Source: Felis catus (lineage: Eukaryota). Taken from it: 64,000 bases of DNA. Positions 34,401 through 46,354 of the stretch are shown here, piece by piece. How positions within the stretch are numbered: position 1 is the stretch's first letter; the number at the start of each line of letters is the position of its first letter. Location of the stretch: the NCBI RefSeq assembly GCF_018350175.1, contig NC_058379.1, forward strand, positions 15,066,001 to 15,130,000. The letters run 5' to 3'. Position numbers and translations under genes: made by a program. The notes under the pieces are model-generated. The model worked only from the letters and a program-made list of their open reading frames with translations. It did not search any database and was not told the origin of the DNA.

Positions 34401-34859
34401 AGGCTGGAGGTCATGGACAATGCCTAAGACATTGATTGAACTCTGTAAAACTTTGCTGGGAATTCAAAGATTCCCAGGAATCTAGAAACTAAAAGCTAGG
34501 AACACAGCTCTTGTGTAAGATAGACTCATAGATTTCAGGAAATAGAGGACTGAAATGGGGATTTTTGGAGCATTTTATGGGAATATGGATGAGGGAGCAA
34601 TTAAGTGGGCCGGGAGTTGGGGATTGAAGAAACTACAGGAGAGAAAGTAATACTTAACCTGGACTTTCAGGGGTGACTAAGCATTTGCCAGCCAGGAATC
34701 TAAGGATGGGGGAGTGGAGGAAGGATGCTTGACACAGAAGAACATGAAGATGAGGGTGTTGGTGGCACATTTGGGGACCAGTGAGTTGAATGCCTGCAGG
34801 GGTGAGACGAAGTCGGTATCAGTTAGGGTGCTTTGGCCTCTGAGTAAAACAAAGTCCTG

Positions 34860-35270
34860 ACAGTAGTGGTTCAAATATCAGGAAAAAATTACATGGCGTC
34901 ACGAGAAGTGAGGAGGGAGGTGGTTCCAGAGTGGCTCATCTGGCAGCAGAGTGTCACCAAGGAATTGTTTTCCCCATATTCCCATGTTATCATTCCAGTG
35001 AATGAATTTGAGGCTGTGTTCTCCTCAGTTGACTTAAATCTCTGTTTTTAATCAGCAAGGGAAGTATTGCCCAGAAGCCCCATCGTAGGTCCCATTGGCC
35101 AGGCCTGTATCGTGTGACTGATCAAGTTCCTGGAGAGGGACACATGCCCAACACAACTGACGTAGGCCCAGCAAGATTTACACCTGCTGAGATTTACCCA
35201 CTACTGAGGAGGGGCATATGGCTGCTCAACACAGGAGCAAAATCAGGGTTCTTTTCACAAGAGATGGGAG
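34860..35270 (-). mobile_element. Old MaLR LTR (MLT1K/L-like)
   Basis: 'cagtagtggttcaaatatcagg...cccagaagccccatcgtaggtcccattggccagg'. Confidence 0.55.
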
Positions 35271-35459
35271 GGTCAGGCAGCCAGTTTTGGCCACTGTGGG
35301 GGCCAGGAGCACCTGTGCTCTGTCCGGAGTCTCAGCTACGACTCAGCTCCAGCGCCAAGGGTGGAGGCCTCGTGGGGCTAGAACTCGCAATGGAGAAAAA
35401 ATTCCAGAACTGGAGATTACGTGGAATCTTACGATTTTTAAATGTTGGCAGCTAAGTTA

Positions 35460-35593
35460 TTTTTTGTTTTTTAGTGTTTTTATTTATTTGAGAGATAGCG
35501 CGTGCTCATACAAGCGAGCGGGGGAGGGGCAGAGGGAGAGAAGGAGAGAGGGAGCGAGAATCCAAAGCAGGCTTCGTGCCCAACACGGAACCC
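35460..35593 (-). mobile_element. Can-SINE 3' half only
   Basis: Tail through 'gcaggcttcgtgcccaacacggaaccc', then an abrupt switch to MLT2. Confidence 0.85.
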
Positions 35594-36026
35594 TGTGTGT
35601 CCAGGTATTTGTGTCCAGATGTGTATTCAGGTGTGTGTGTCCAGCTCTATGACTAAAGGCTTCCGGCTTCCTCAGGATACTCACATTGCTAATACCAGAG
35701 GCAATGGGAATCTTCATGGGTTTCCCACGTTCTTAGATCCTTCTCTTTCTGACTGCCTTTCTGAGGACTTCAAGCTCCAGCATCAGATGTGAAGACAATA
35801 GCCTTACAGCAACTGCTTAATCAGCCCTCACAATTGCATGAAGCTAATTCCTTGTAACAGATCCCTTTTGTTTTACATATATTTACATATAGCATGTACA
35901 CATATAAAATATGTATTATTATGTACATTTAAAATATATGTTATATATACACATGCTTTAAAAATATGAGAAAACTTATCTATCATCTCCTAATGGTTTT
36001 GCTTCCCTGGTTGATCTCTTGATACA
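35594..36026 (+). mobile_element. ERVL LTR MLT2-type, 3' half
   Basis: 'cagccctcacaattgcatgaagctaattcctt'...AT-rich expansion...'ctaatggttttgcttccctgg...gataca'. Confidence 0.7.
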
Positions 36027-36088
36027 GGAGGATTTCCATTAGAATAACAACAGCAACTACAACAACAAAAAGAAATACTTACAGAGTG

Positions 36089-36113
36089 TTTTTTTTAAGT
36101 TTATTTTATTTAT

Positions 36114-36158
<45 letters not shown>

Positions 36159-36306
36159 AGGAGAGGAGCAGAGAGAGAGAGATACAAAATCCCAAACAGC
36201 TCTGCCCTGTCAGCACAAAGCCTGATGTGGGGCTTGAACTCACAAACCATGAGATCAAGCTGAAGTCAAGAGTTGGATGCTTAACCCACTGAGCCACCCA
36301 GGCGCC
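36089..36306 (-). mobile_element. Can-SINE with (GA)n expansion
   Basis: Complete antisense copy inside a MIR. Confidence 0.93.
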
Positions 36307-36322
36307 AGAATTGTGGAGTGGC

Positions 36323-36530
36323 TTTTTTTTTTTAATGTTTATTTATTTTTGAGACACAAAGAGAGAGCACAAGTTGGGGAGGAACAGAGGGAGAGGGAGA
36401 CACAGAATCCGAAGCAGGCTCCGGGCTCTGAGCTGTCAGCACAGAGCCCAACGCAGGGCTTGAACCCGTGAACGTGTGAGATCATGACCTGAGCCGAAGT
36501 CTGACGTGGAACCGACTGAGCCACCCAGGC
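36323..36530 (-). mobile_element. Can-SINE, tandem to the previous copy
   Basis: Complete antisense copy. Confidence 0.93.
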
Positions 36531-37980
36531 TCAGTGCTTTTTAAATGTTAGTATTGTGCAAAGTACTTTATGTATATTGTCTTATTTAATCCTCACAATC
36601 ATTCTACAAGCAAGGGCTATAATTCCCAGTTTACATGCAAGGGGCATGGGTTTAGCGAAGTCGAGTCACTTGACTGCCATCATAGAGCTACAGGCAGAAC
36701 ATGATGCTAATCTGGGTTTGTCTGACTCCAAAGCCTGGGCTTTAAACCTTTGTACCATACTGCTTCTGTTAAAAACAAATTATAGTCAGACTTCAGAGTA
36801 GGAATATAGTTTATGGATTCTAAAGTGTGAACATTGGAGTCCCCTCAACTGCAGAGGAAAAGAAGAGAGTGTGCTTGCTTTGGAAATAGGATGTGCCTTG
36901 AAGGTCATGATGTCTTTGAGAGTCTGGTTTAGAGGCAAGTGTGGTGTTTTGTTCACTCATAAAAATAGGCCCCCTGCTTGATCTCCTTCTGGAAGCCATT
37001 CACGTTCTTTGAACAAACTGTGGTATGTGCACCACTGGTTATGCACAGGATGACTTTAGGTATCACTGAACATTGCATACAGTTAAATCACGTAGTTATT
37101 CTCCTTTCAAATGACTTGCCTACTGATTATAGAGGCAAGAAAATATTAGCACAGTACTAATATGTTTCTAACACCTCTCTAACATTGGCTAGTCTACCTT
37201 TGAACAGGAAAAGAAAGCAGGGCATAGCCTGAGAGTCTCCAGTGGGCAACCCTACCTATAGAGAATTTACTAGCATCAGTTACATTTGCTTTATCTTTTT
37301 GCAGTTACCTTCTAAGAATGGCAAGGAATAGTGTTGTTTTTTTTTTTTTTTATGTCATATGCTAGAATTTTTAAGTTAGAATTTTACTAAAAAGATGTGA
37401 GTCAATTTAAGGAAATACTGTAATAGTGAGCATTAAGGTGAGCACTAATTTTTGGTGAGCATTAAGGTGGTAAAAAGACTGTTCAGTGGTTTGCTCAACA
37501 TGGACAACCAATCCAGTGATATTGTTTTTATTGTTCTATTCTTATTGATGTGTCTAGGCCCACTTCAAATCCATCATAGTAGCTGCTCAATTAAGTATTT
37601 GTTGAATGAATGAATGAATGAATGAATGCATGCATAAGTCCTTCAAGAAGTCTTCTCAGCCCCTGCCAGCTTTAGGGATTCTTCCCATCTGGTAACTCAC
37701 AACACTTACGGGGCTTGTACTCATTCAGTGAGCATTCATGTGTAGGTGTGCCTGGTAACAAAAATGTCACAGCTGAATACTGGGCATTTTAATGAGTATA
37801 TCATGTGACAATGCTTATATATTTTATTATAAAATTTGTATGGTAATATGTACTTTTTCATGGGTAGGCTCTATTTTCCATATTCTAACCATAAACCAAG
37901 GTCCAAATGACGTACTGAGAACATTAGAGAAAATAGACTGAGAAAAGAAAAATAAAACAAAAATGAAATGATGATACAGC

Positions 37981-38297
37981 TAGACCTGTCCCGTATGGTA
38001 GCCACTGGTCACATGTGGCAGTTGAACACATGAGATGCAGGTAGTCTCAATTAAGATGTGCCTTGAATGTAAGTTGCACACTGGGTTTCGAAGATAGTAT
38101 GAACAAAGAATATAAGATACCTCATTTATACTTCTATGTATTGTAACATGTTGTAATTATATTTGGGATGTATTGGGGTAAATGAAATATATTATTAAAA
38201 TGAATCCCATCTATTTCTTTTTACTTCTTTAACCTGGCCAGTAGAAAATGTACAATTACAGATGTGGCTCACATTCACTTCCTGTTGGACAGTGCTA
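37981..38297. mobile_element. MER33 hAT-Charlie MITE, full length
   Basis: 'ctgtcccgtatggtagccactggtcacatgtggc...atattattaaaatgaat...tgtggctcacatt...ttggacagtgcta'. Confidence 0.85.
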
Positions 38298-38435
38298 ATA
38301 GCTAGACTGCTAGGCCCAAAAGGGTAGACTCCTTCTTTTCTTGTTTCACCACTGTGTTCCCAGAATCTAGCACAATACCTGGACATAGCCAGTGTTTAGT
38401 AAGCTTTTATTAAGCCACACTGGACATGTGAATAA

Positions 38436-39085
38436 TGTAATGGGGTGATATTGTGATTCATAACACCAAATATTTATTTGGTCTTGGTCCCAGTTGCCAG
38501 CACTGAGCTCCTAAAAACCCTTGCAATTTGCTAAGAGGAAAGCCATTATGGCGTCTTTTGTTATGTTAATAAGTGACTTGGGACCCTGCCTAAGGATGAG
38601 GGCTGGTTGCTGGGAGAACCAACCTAGTGATTGGCGGGTCCTAAGTTTAAGAGTCTCACCCCCACCTCTGGGCGTGAGAAGAAAGGGGCAGGAGGTTGAA
38701 CCAGTTGCCAGTGGCAATGATTTCATCAATCTTGACTATGTAGTTAAGCCTCCATAAAGACTCAGAAGGACAGGGCTCAGAGAACTTCTGGGTTGGTGAA
38801 CATGTGGATATTCGTGGAGAATGGTGCCCTTGGAGAGGGCATGGAAGCTCCTCGACCTCTCCCCGTACCTTGCCATATGCATCTCTTCTATCTGGCCGTT
38901 TCTGAGTTATATCCTTTCATAATAAACTGGTAATCCAGTAAGTAAAATGTTTCTCTGAGTTCTGTGAGCTGCTCCAGCAAATTAGTTGAACTTCTGATTT
39001 ATAGCCAGTGGGTCGGAAGTACAGGTAACAATCTGGGCTAGTGACTGGTGTCTGAAGTGGTTGGGGGCAGTGAACCCTTAACTTC
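38436..39085 (+). mobile_element. ERV solo LTR, MER21-family-like
   Basis: 'tgtaatggggtgat...cactgagctcctaaaaaccctt...ggagagggcatggaagctcc...atgcatctcttctatctggc...tttctctgagttctgtgagctgctccagcaaatt'. Confidence 0.75.
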
Positions 39086-39125
39086 CAGCTCCCAGGAATC
39101 CTTTTTAAAAGACATAGGGGCTTCT

Positions 39126-39334
39126 GGGGAGCCTGGGTGGCTCGGTCAGTTAAGTGACCGACTTCAGCTCAGGTCATGATCTCACAGTTCCTGAGCCCCC
39201 CGTTGGGCTCTGTGCTGACAGCTTGGAGCCTGGAGCCTGCTTTAGTCAGATTCTGTGTCTCCCTCTCTCTCTGCCCCTCCCTCACTTATTCTCTCTCTCT
39301 CTCCCTCAAAAATAAGTAAACATTAAAAAAAAAA
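39126..39334 (+). mobile_element. Can-SINE
   Basis: TSD aaaagacataggggcttct / aaaagtcatagaggcttct. Confidence 0.95.
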
Positions 39335-39849
39335 GTCATAGAGGCTTCTTCAACAATTAGTTTAGTATACAACTATCATTGCTATTTTTCACACTTATTT
39401 TTTTCTGCAAGTCTTCAAGAACTCTACTTTTTTTTAAGTGCCTCAGATAATGATTTAATTTAGACTTAACAAGCCAGTTATTGCAGGTCAATTAAGTGCC
39501 ACTTTATGATTTAAAACCTATTTATTCAGATTAACAACCATTAAATGGTTTTATTACACCTCTTTTTGGTTAATATTATTTAAAACCGTTTTCAGTTATT
39601 TAAAACATCATTTCACATTCATGGGCACTTAAAATAAATCTTTTAAAGTCAAGATGATCTTTTTTTTTTTTTTTAATCTCTTTGGTCATTTGTAACCTGA
39701 TTTATTACAGAAGAAGGCACAGATATAATTTACTAAGAAGCGAAATAAGCAAAATACATGTAAGGGTTCTACAGACAATTAATATAAGGTGACTAGTAAG
39801 TAGACAGAGTTGACTGAGCAGTGAGCTCATATTTAAATATTGGTATTTT

Positions 39850-41552
39850 TTAAATAACAGCTTTATTGAGCATCCTTTCAAAGTATACAATTCAGTGGTT
39901 TTTAGTATGTTATGGAGTTCTGCAACACTTACCATTTTCAATTCCAGAGCATTCCCTTCACTCCCAAAAAGGAAATCCCTTATCTATTCTGGACATTTCA
40001 TATAGTTGGAACTGTACAGTATGTGACCTTCTGTGTCTGGCTTCTTCACCAAGCATAATGTTGTAGCATGGGTCAGTATTTCCTTTGGATTTCTGAAGAA
40101 TATTTTGTCGTGTGGGTATACCACATTTGTTTATCCACTCATCAGCTAATGAACATTTGGGTTGTCAAAAAGTAATGCTTTTTAAAAATTACACACTTTA
40201 TAACAAAAATTTCACATGATGTATATGTGTACTGATAATGATCACTAATATTTGTCAAGCATTTATGTACCACCTGTTCTAAATGCTTGTATGTTTTAGC
40301 ATATTTTATATTCATAAAACCCTATGGAGGGTGGTGGTCACCATGACCTCCATTATTCTTATGGGGAAATTGGGAAGTAGGAAGGTTAAGTTATCTGTCT
40401 CAAGATAAACACCTAGTCTGTTATTCAAACCCAAAGAAGTCTGACTGCAAAGCCTGTACTTTACTTTTCATTGACAAAATTATTATACAATAAAGCTGAC
40501 TTTTTTGGGAGGGGTACACAGTTTCATGAATGTTAATACATATAAATGTGTGTAACCACCACCACAGTCAGAGAACTATTCCATAATCCGAAAATAGTCT
40601 TGTGTCCCATCCTGACCCATCCTAACAGGTAGAGGACGTGATCACTAGTTGACCTGAGAACTAGATCTGGGCAACTGGAGACCCCTTACCTCTTCCTCTG
40701 TCCTTGAAATGTGAGTTCCACCCACCATTCCCACAGTAAAAGCCATTTTGAAAAACATAGACTATGTGGACCAAATCTGTCACTGAATCTTATAGTTAAG
40801 GCCTCTGTATAAACTTTTAAGGTTTTGGTGGCTAGTGTAGGGATCTACTTGGCTTGGGGCCACCCAGAACAAGCCTCCTAAGTGAGTTCCCTCACTTACT
40901 AAACATGCCACCTGCCACCAGACAATCTAGAGTGTCTGCCTCTTTAGCCTCTCCTTGTCCCCTGTGTCCAGGGACCAGTTTGCCAACTAAAACTAACCCC
41001 ATGGCACCCACTGATCTGTCCTCCATTCTGTAGTTTGTTGGTTTGTTTGTTTTCAGAGACTGTCATGCAAATGGAATCGTATACTAGGTAACTTTTGAGA
41101 CTGTCTTGTTTCACTCACCATAATGCCCTTTAGATTCATGCAAGTTGTTACGAATACCAATAGTTCATTCCTTTTTCATTGCTGAGTAGGATTCCATTGT
41201 ATGTCTGTGCCACGGTTTGTTTATCCAGCCACTTAAAAACAATTTTTAATTGAGGTGTAACATTCAAACAGAAAGTATACAAATATATGGATATAGATTG
41301 GTGAATTCATGAACCCACCCATGTAATCACCTCCCATATTAAGAGCTAGAATCTTGCCTGTGCCCTAGCCATGCCTCTGTGCCCTCTTCCAGGTAACTTT
41401 CTGTTTTTACTTATGTTTTTATCTCCATAGGCTATTTTGGCCTGTTTTTGAATTTTATAGAAATGGACTCCTATGAAATTTGCTCTTTTATCTGGGTTCT
41501 TTTGGCCAATATTATGTTTGTGACTCTTATTCATGTAGCTTTGGTTTATTCT
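39850..41552 (-). mobile_element. Stack of old L1 3'UTR fragments (L1MB/MC/ME) with a MIR and an LTR inserted
   Basis: Repeated antisense L1 termini ('taacagctttattgag...caattcagtggtttttagtat', 'ttttaattgaggtgtaacatt') and 'tccattgtatg...tttatcca' blocks. Confidence 0.8.
40625..40990 (+). mobile_element. Carnivore-type ERV solo LTR inserted in an L1 3'UTR
   Basis: 'gttaaggcctctgtataaacttttaagg...gatctacttggcttggggccacccagaacaagcctc...ttactaaacatgccacctgcc...ctagagtgtctgcctctt' resembles carnivore ERV1 LTRs as recalled; the host L1 resumes at 'ctaaccccatggcacccactgatctg'. Confidence 0.6.
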
Positions 41553-42373
41553 CTTTTTTTCTAGAAAAATATAGAGGTTTATTTATAATTGTTATAAAGT
41601 TGAACTGCTGAAACGTGTTAACTGAAATATTTTGACTTGCATTAATGCTTTATGTCCCCGCATTTATATTAAAAATTCACGGAAAATGAAAATGGAAAAA
41701 CTGCCAATACCTGATTTCTGTCCCCTATTTTTCCACTTGGAATCATATACTTTGGCACCTTTTGACTCCATGGGAAAAAAATATCTAATGTTCAGAACTA
41801 CCAATAACTGGAAGAAGAGAATTTTTTTTTTTTAAAGAATGAAATGTTTTCCATCATAGTGGATTCTTAAGCATGTTCTCCACGTATGTGGCACGCTAGC
41901 TGCATGGCTTTGGGCATAATTGTTACATGTTTGGCATGGGTAGCACACAGGTTGGTGTCTTCAAAAAGGCCCACCAGAAGGCCTCACTTGCCTCCTATAA
42001 AGCACCAATAGCTGTGCTTTGGAAGCGCAGATCTGTTTTTGAAGTCCTGAGCAATTTCTTGCACCAGATGCTGGAAAGGATGTTTGCAGAGCAGAAGTTC
42101 AGTGGACTTCTGATAATGTCTTATTTTGTGGAGTGCCACAGTACCAGGCCAGTTACGATGAGGTTTCTTCACCCCTCCAGTAGAGGGTGCACTCTTACGA
42201 GTGGCTTTTGTAGCTAGTTGCTTCCTCGGTGCTTTATCACCAGTAGATTTATAGGCAGACTGCTTTGTACAAGCCCTGGTATAGAGACCTTACCCTCTTT
42301 TTTTGTCTGGAGCTCAGTGAGCTAGAGGCGCTGGCATTAGATAACCATGGCAGTGTGGTGGTGTCAGTTAACC
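41553..42373 (-). pseudogene. H3F3A (pseudogene): Processed pseudogene of histone H3.3, H3F3A (H3-3A) paralog
   Basis: CDS remnant 42277-41867 (411 nt, intronless) reads [61 protein letters not shown]... and shows H3.3-specific S31 and 'S-T-A-I-G' (native SAAIG). The ATG is mutated to AGG; there is a +1 A at 42036-42040, a Q93 CAG>TAG at 41995-41997, and a -1 at Y99 (about 41980). It has the H3F3A-type 'gtaaggtctctatacc' 5'UTR, a 3'UTR with AATAAA (41578-41583), a poly(A) remnant (41554-41560), and a 13/15 TSD (41538-41552 vs 42374-42388). Confidence 0.95.
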
Positions 42374-42923
42374 GCTGTAGTTTATTCTTAATGCTCCAGA
42401 ATATTCCGTTTTAGAATATATCACAATGTATTTCTTCATGCTGCTGCTGATGGACATTTGGGTTGTTTCTGGTTTGGGGCTATTTTGAGGAGTGGATTTG
42501 CTGGATGATAGGGTATGTGTATGTTCAGCGATTTTAGATGATACCAAACACTTTTCCAAAGTGAATGTATCAATTTTCATTACACTTACAGTGAAGGAGA
42601 ATTGTAGTTACTCTGTTTCTTTAACAACACTTGATATTGTCATTTTAAAAGGATTAAACTATTTTGGCATGTATACAGTGGTGTCTTATTGAAATTTTCA
42701 TTTGCATTTCCCTAATGAATAATGATATTGAGCACTTTGTATTTCCTGATTATATATTCTTTGTGAGGTGCCTGTTCAAGTTTTTTGCCCATTTAAAAAA
42801 ACTGGGCTCTTTTGTCAATTTGTGTATTTGTGTATATTCTGGCTATGAGGCTTTTGTAGTTATGGGTATTGCAGATATCTTCCCCTACTCTGTTTGCCCC
42901 TTCATTTTCTTCTTGTTGAGGTG

Positions 42924-43490
42924 TTTTGTTTTGTTTTTTTAATTGTGGTAAAATACAAATACATATAATTTATTATTTTTACTGTTTTAAAGCATACAAT
43001 TGAGTGTCTTCATGTGCATTTATTATGTTGCTTAAGCATATCACCACCATCTGGTTCTAGAACTTTTCATCACTCCAAGAGGAAATCTATTAAGCAGCCA
43101 CTCCCCATTCTTCATCTCCCCCCTTCCCTGCCAATCACTAATCTACTTTCTGTCTTTATAGATGGTCTGTTTTGTACATTTCCTATAAATAGAATCACAC
43201 AATATGTGACCTAGTGTGTCCGGCTGCTTTCACTTAGCATACTGGTTTTTAGGTTTATCTAAGTTGTAGCATGGATTAGTACTCAGTTCTTTTGTGAGTC
43301 ATTAGGGAAATGTGAATCAAAACCATAAGGAGATACCATTGCACATCCACTTGGATGACCATAATAGAAAGAAAGAAAAACAAATAGTGAAAGGGGAGAA
43401 CAAGTGCTGGTGAGGATGTGAAGAAATTGGAAACTTTGTATATTCCTGGTAGGCACAGCCACTGAGGAAAACAGTTTAGCAGTTCCTCAA
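42924..43490. mobile_element. L1MB-type insertion with inverted 5' part (minus 42924-43294, plus 43297-43490)
   Basis: Antisense terminus 'ttttaattgtggtaaaatac'; then sense 'cattagggaaatgtgaatcaaaaccataaggagatacca...aagtgctggtgaggatgtgaagaaattggaa'. Confidence 0.75.
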
Positions 43491-43932
43491 TATCTTATTG
43501 GTGAATTTAATCAACAGAAGTTCTTAATTTTAATGACATCAAATTTAAGGATAATTTAAATTGGAAAGTGTTTCCTGTGGAAACAATCTTCACCTATTCT
43601 AGGTTTGTCTTTCAGAAGCTTTATCGTTGTACCTCTACACTGAAGTCTACCATCCACCTGGAATTTATTATTGTATGTAATTTGTGAGGCAAGATTCTTC
43701 CCCCCACCCCAGTGTGGATTTCCATCAACTGAGTTTTCAAAAATAATGTCTTTCCCTACTGCACTTCAATAATGTCTCTTGTAAATCAGGGTAAATCAGG
43801 GTAAAGCTTGGAGTGATGAAGAGTTCCATGTTTCTGGACTCTGTATTCTCTTCCACTGAGCTCTTTGCTTCACCTTGCACCATTACCCCACTGTCTTAAT
43901 TGTTGTAGCTTTATCATAATTGTTTCCTAAAG

Positions 43933-44035
43933 TTTTTATTTATTTATTTAATCTCTACACCCAACATGGTGCGTGAACTCACAAACCTGAGATCAGGAGT
44001 CATGGACTCTTCCAACTGAGCCTGCCAGGCACCCC
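43933..44035 (-). mobile_element. Short old Can-SINE
   Basis: TSD tatcataatt on both sides. Confidence 0.85.
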
Positions 44036-44292
44036 TATCATAATTCTTAACATCTGGAAGCTTGAATTTTCCAATCTTGACATCATCAAGATTGTCACGG
44101 AATGTTCTTGGACCCTTGTTATTTCCATGTAAATTATAGAATTAACATATCAATTCCAACAAAAAAAGAAACCTGTTGGGATTTTGACTGGGGTCTTGTT
44201 AAATCTGTAGCTTAATTTAGGGAGAATGACTTTACAATGTTGAGTCTTCTAATCCATGAACATTATTTATTTCTGCATTTATTTACGTCTCG

Positions 44293-44700
44293 TATCAGTC
44301 AGGGTTCAGTGAAGAGACAGAAACCAGGCCAGTAATTTGAACAGGGGAAAGTTAATATGAAAATGTGTTAGCTAGTACAACTAGTAAAAAGGTGGGTAGC
44401 TAGTTCAGACGGTAGAGGGTAACTCTAAAGAGCACAGAAGAGCGACTGGAGAAAGCAGTGAATAAGTGAAGACACTTGGAAACTTAGAAGGACCCCCCCT
44501 CCTCATTGCCAAGGCTGAGATTCGGACCCTTTGGAGGTGTGGCTGCCATGGAAACATACAGTCCATTAATGATGGAGAACAGGAAAGTGTGGCTGCAGCG
44601 GACCTGGAGGAGTGGTTTTAACTGGGTAGAGGGAAGGAGGAGGAAGTTGCCAGAGGCATGGGCTGAACAGCTGGTTCTGCAGGACTTGTGATGTGGTGGG
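44293..44700 (-). mobile_element. Probable ERVL LTR fragment (family uncertain)
   Basis: 'gtatcagtcagggttcagtgaagagacagaaaccag' is an LTR-like terminus interrupting the L1. Confidence 0.45.
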
Positions 44701-45867
44701 TAGCAGTGGTGGAAATGGGCATCCTTAACTCATTCCCAGCCTCAGAGAAGACATTTTCAATATGTCACCATTATGTATGATGGCTTTGGTTGTTTTGTAG
44801 CTATTCCTTATCAAAACTGACTTAGATTGTTAAAATTAAGCAATAAGTGAGTATTTGACTCTTTTCAAATGCTTTTCCTCAACTATTGAAAGGAACCTTT
44901 TTTTTTCTTAATTTTTTTTTTTTTTTTTTGGTCCTTCGTTCCATTAATATTGAGGGTCTTAGTGATTTCAGACGTAAAACAAACTTTGTACTCTTGGGAT
45001 AAACCAAAGTTGGTCACGATATAACATCCTTTTTATGTAAGTACTGCATTTGATTTCACAATATTTTGTTTGGGAGTTTTGTATCCGGGTATGTGAAAGA
45101 GATTGGACTGTAATTTTCTTTTCTTGTAATTTACTTGTCAGGTTTTGGTATCTGGGTGTTTGTAGCAAGGTCATGCTGACCTCAAAAAAATGAATCGAGA
45201 AATGTTTCATCTTTTTATATTTCCTAGTAGAGGTTGTGTATGTCAGTGTTACATCTTTTTTAAACGCTTGGAAGAACTCACCAGTGAAGATACCTGGGCC
45301 TGGAGATTTCTTTGTGGGAGTGTTAATTACAGATTCAATGTCTTTAATAGATAGGAAGTATTCAGATTTTTTTATTTTTCTTTGTGTCAGTTTTGGTAGG
45401 GTGTGTTCTTCTAGCTTGTATGGTCCCATCTAAATTGTCAAATTCTTTTGGCATAATGTTGTTTATAGTACTCTATCCTTAATATTAACGATGGTAAGAT
45501 TAAAAATAATATTATCTTTTCAATGCCCATAAGATCTTACTTGGCACTTAGCAATTTTTATTAGCCTTTTTGAAGAACCAGTTTTGAGTTTTCTTGATTT
45601 TCTCTATTGCAAGTTTTCTTTTTATTTCATTGATTTTTGCTTTTATCTCCATTATTTTCTTCCTCCTAGTTTCTTGAGTTGATTTATTGTTCTTTTTTTA
45701 ACTTCTGGAGGTGGATATTTATATTATTGATTAACATCCTTGTTTCTTTTCTGGGAGATCCATTTCAAGCCTTAAGTGTTTGTTTAACAAGGGCATTAGC
45801 TAGTTTCCATACTTTCTGCTATCTTATTCCTAATAAGGTGTTCCTAATTTCCTTTGTGATTTTTTTC

Positions 45868-45892
45868 CTTTTTAAAAAAATATTCATTTTTT

Positions 45893-45937
<45 letters not shown>

Positions 45938-46092
45938 ACGAGGTGGGGGGCAGGGAGAAAGGGGGAGGGAGGATCCAAATGAGCTCACTGCTGACACCAG
46001 AGGGCCTGATGTGAGGCTTGAACTCACAAACCCCGAGGTCATGCCTTGAGCCGAAGTTGGACACTTAACTGACGGAGCCACCCAGGTGCCCC
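45868..46092 (-). mobile_element. Can-SINE (older, GA-expanded)
   Basis: TSD ttgtga(t/c)ttttttc. Confidence 0.9.
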
Positions 46093-46354
46093 TTGTGACT
46101 TTTTTTCTTAATTTCCGAGCAGCCTTTAAAAGATTTTTAAGTTATCATTATTGATTCCTCCATAATTACATTGTAGTAAGAATATATATTCTGAATGATA
46201 TTCATCTTTGCTATTTGTTTACATTTGTTTTATGACCCAGTGTTCTAGTCATTTTGGGCCAATGTTCCATGTGCACTTGAAAGAATGTGTCTTCTATTAT
46301 CATTGGGTGCAGTGGATGTTTTCCACTGACTTATCCCGTTTCATTAATCCCCCC

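Noticed and set aside
37426-37469. 15-bp direct repeat gtgagcattaaggtg (37426-37440, 37455-37469) near an AP-1 site (37398-37404)
   Set aside because: Probably a local duplication within a decayed hAT-type element; no other evidence of function.
41867-42277. The +1 and -1 frameshifts in the H3.3 copy compensating to give a full-length novel histone variant
   Set aside because: The shifted frame reaches TGA at 41984-41986 before the -1 deletion, the native frame has Q93*, and the ATG is lost.
43781-43800. 10-bp tandem duplication gtaaatcagg twice; also a 13-bp aaactcagagtca twice at 51333-51358
   Set aside because: Ordinary slippage duplications inside dead L1/LTR sequence.
44968-45429. 153-aa minus-strand ORF with reverse-transcriptase-adjacent motifs
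   Set aside because: A degenerate L1 ORF2 segment within an old, heavily interrupted L1; not an intact or domesticated RT.
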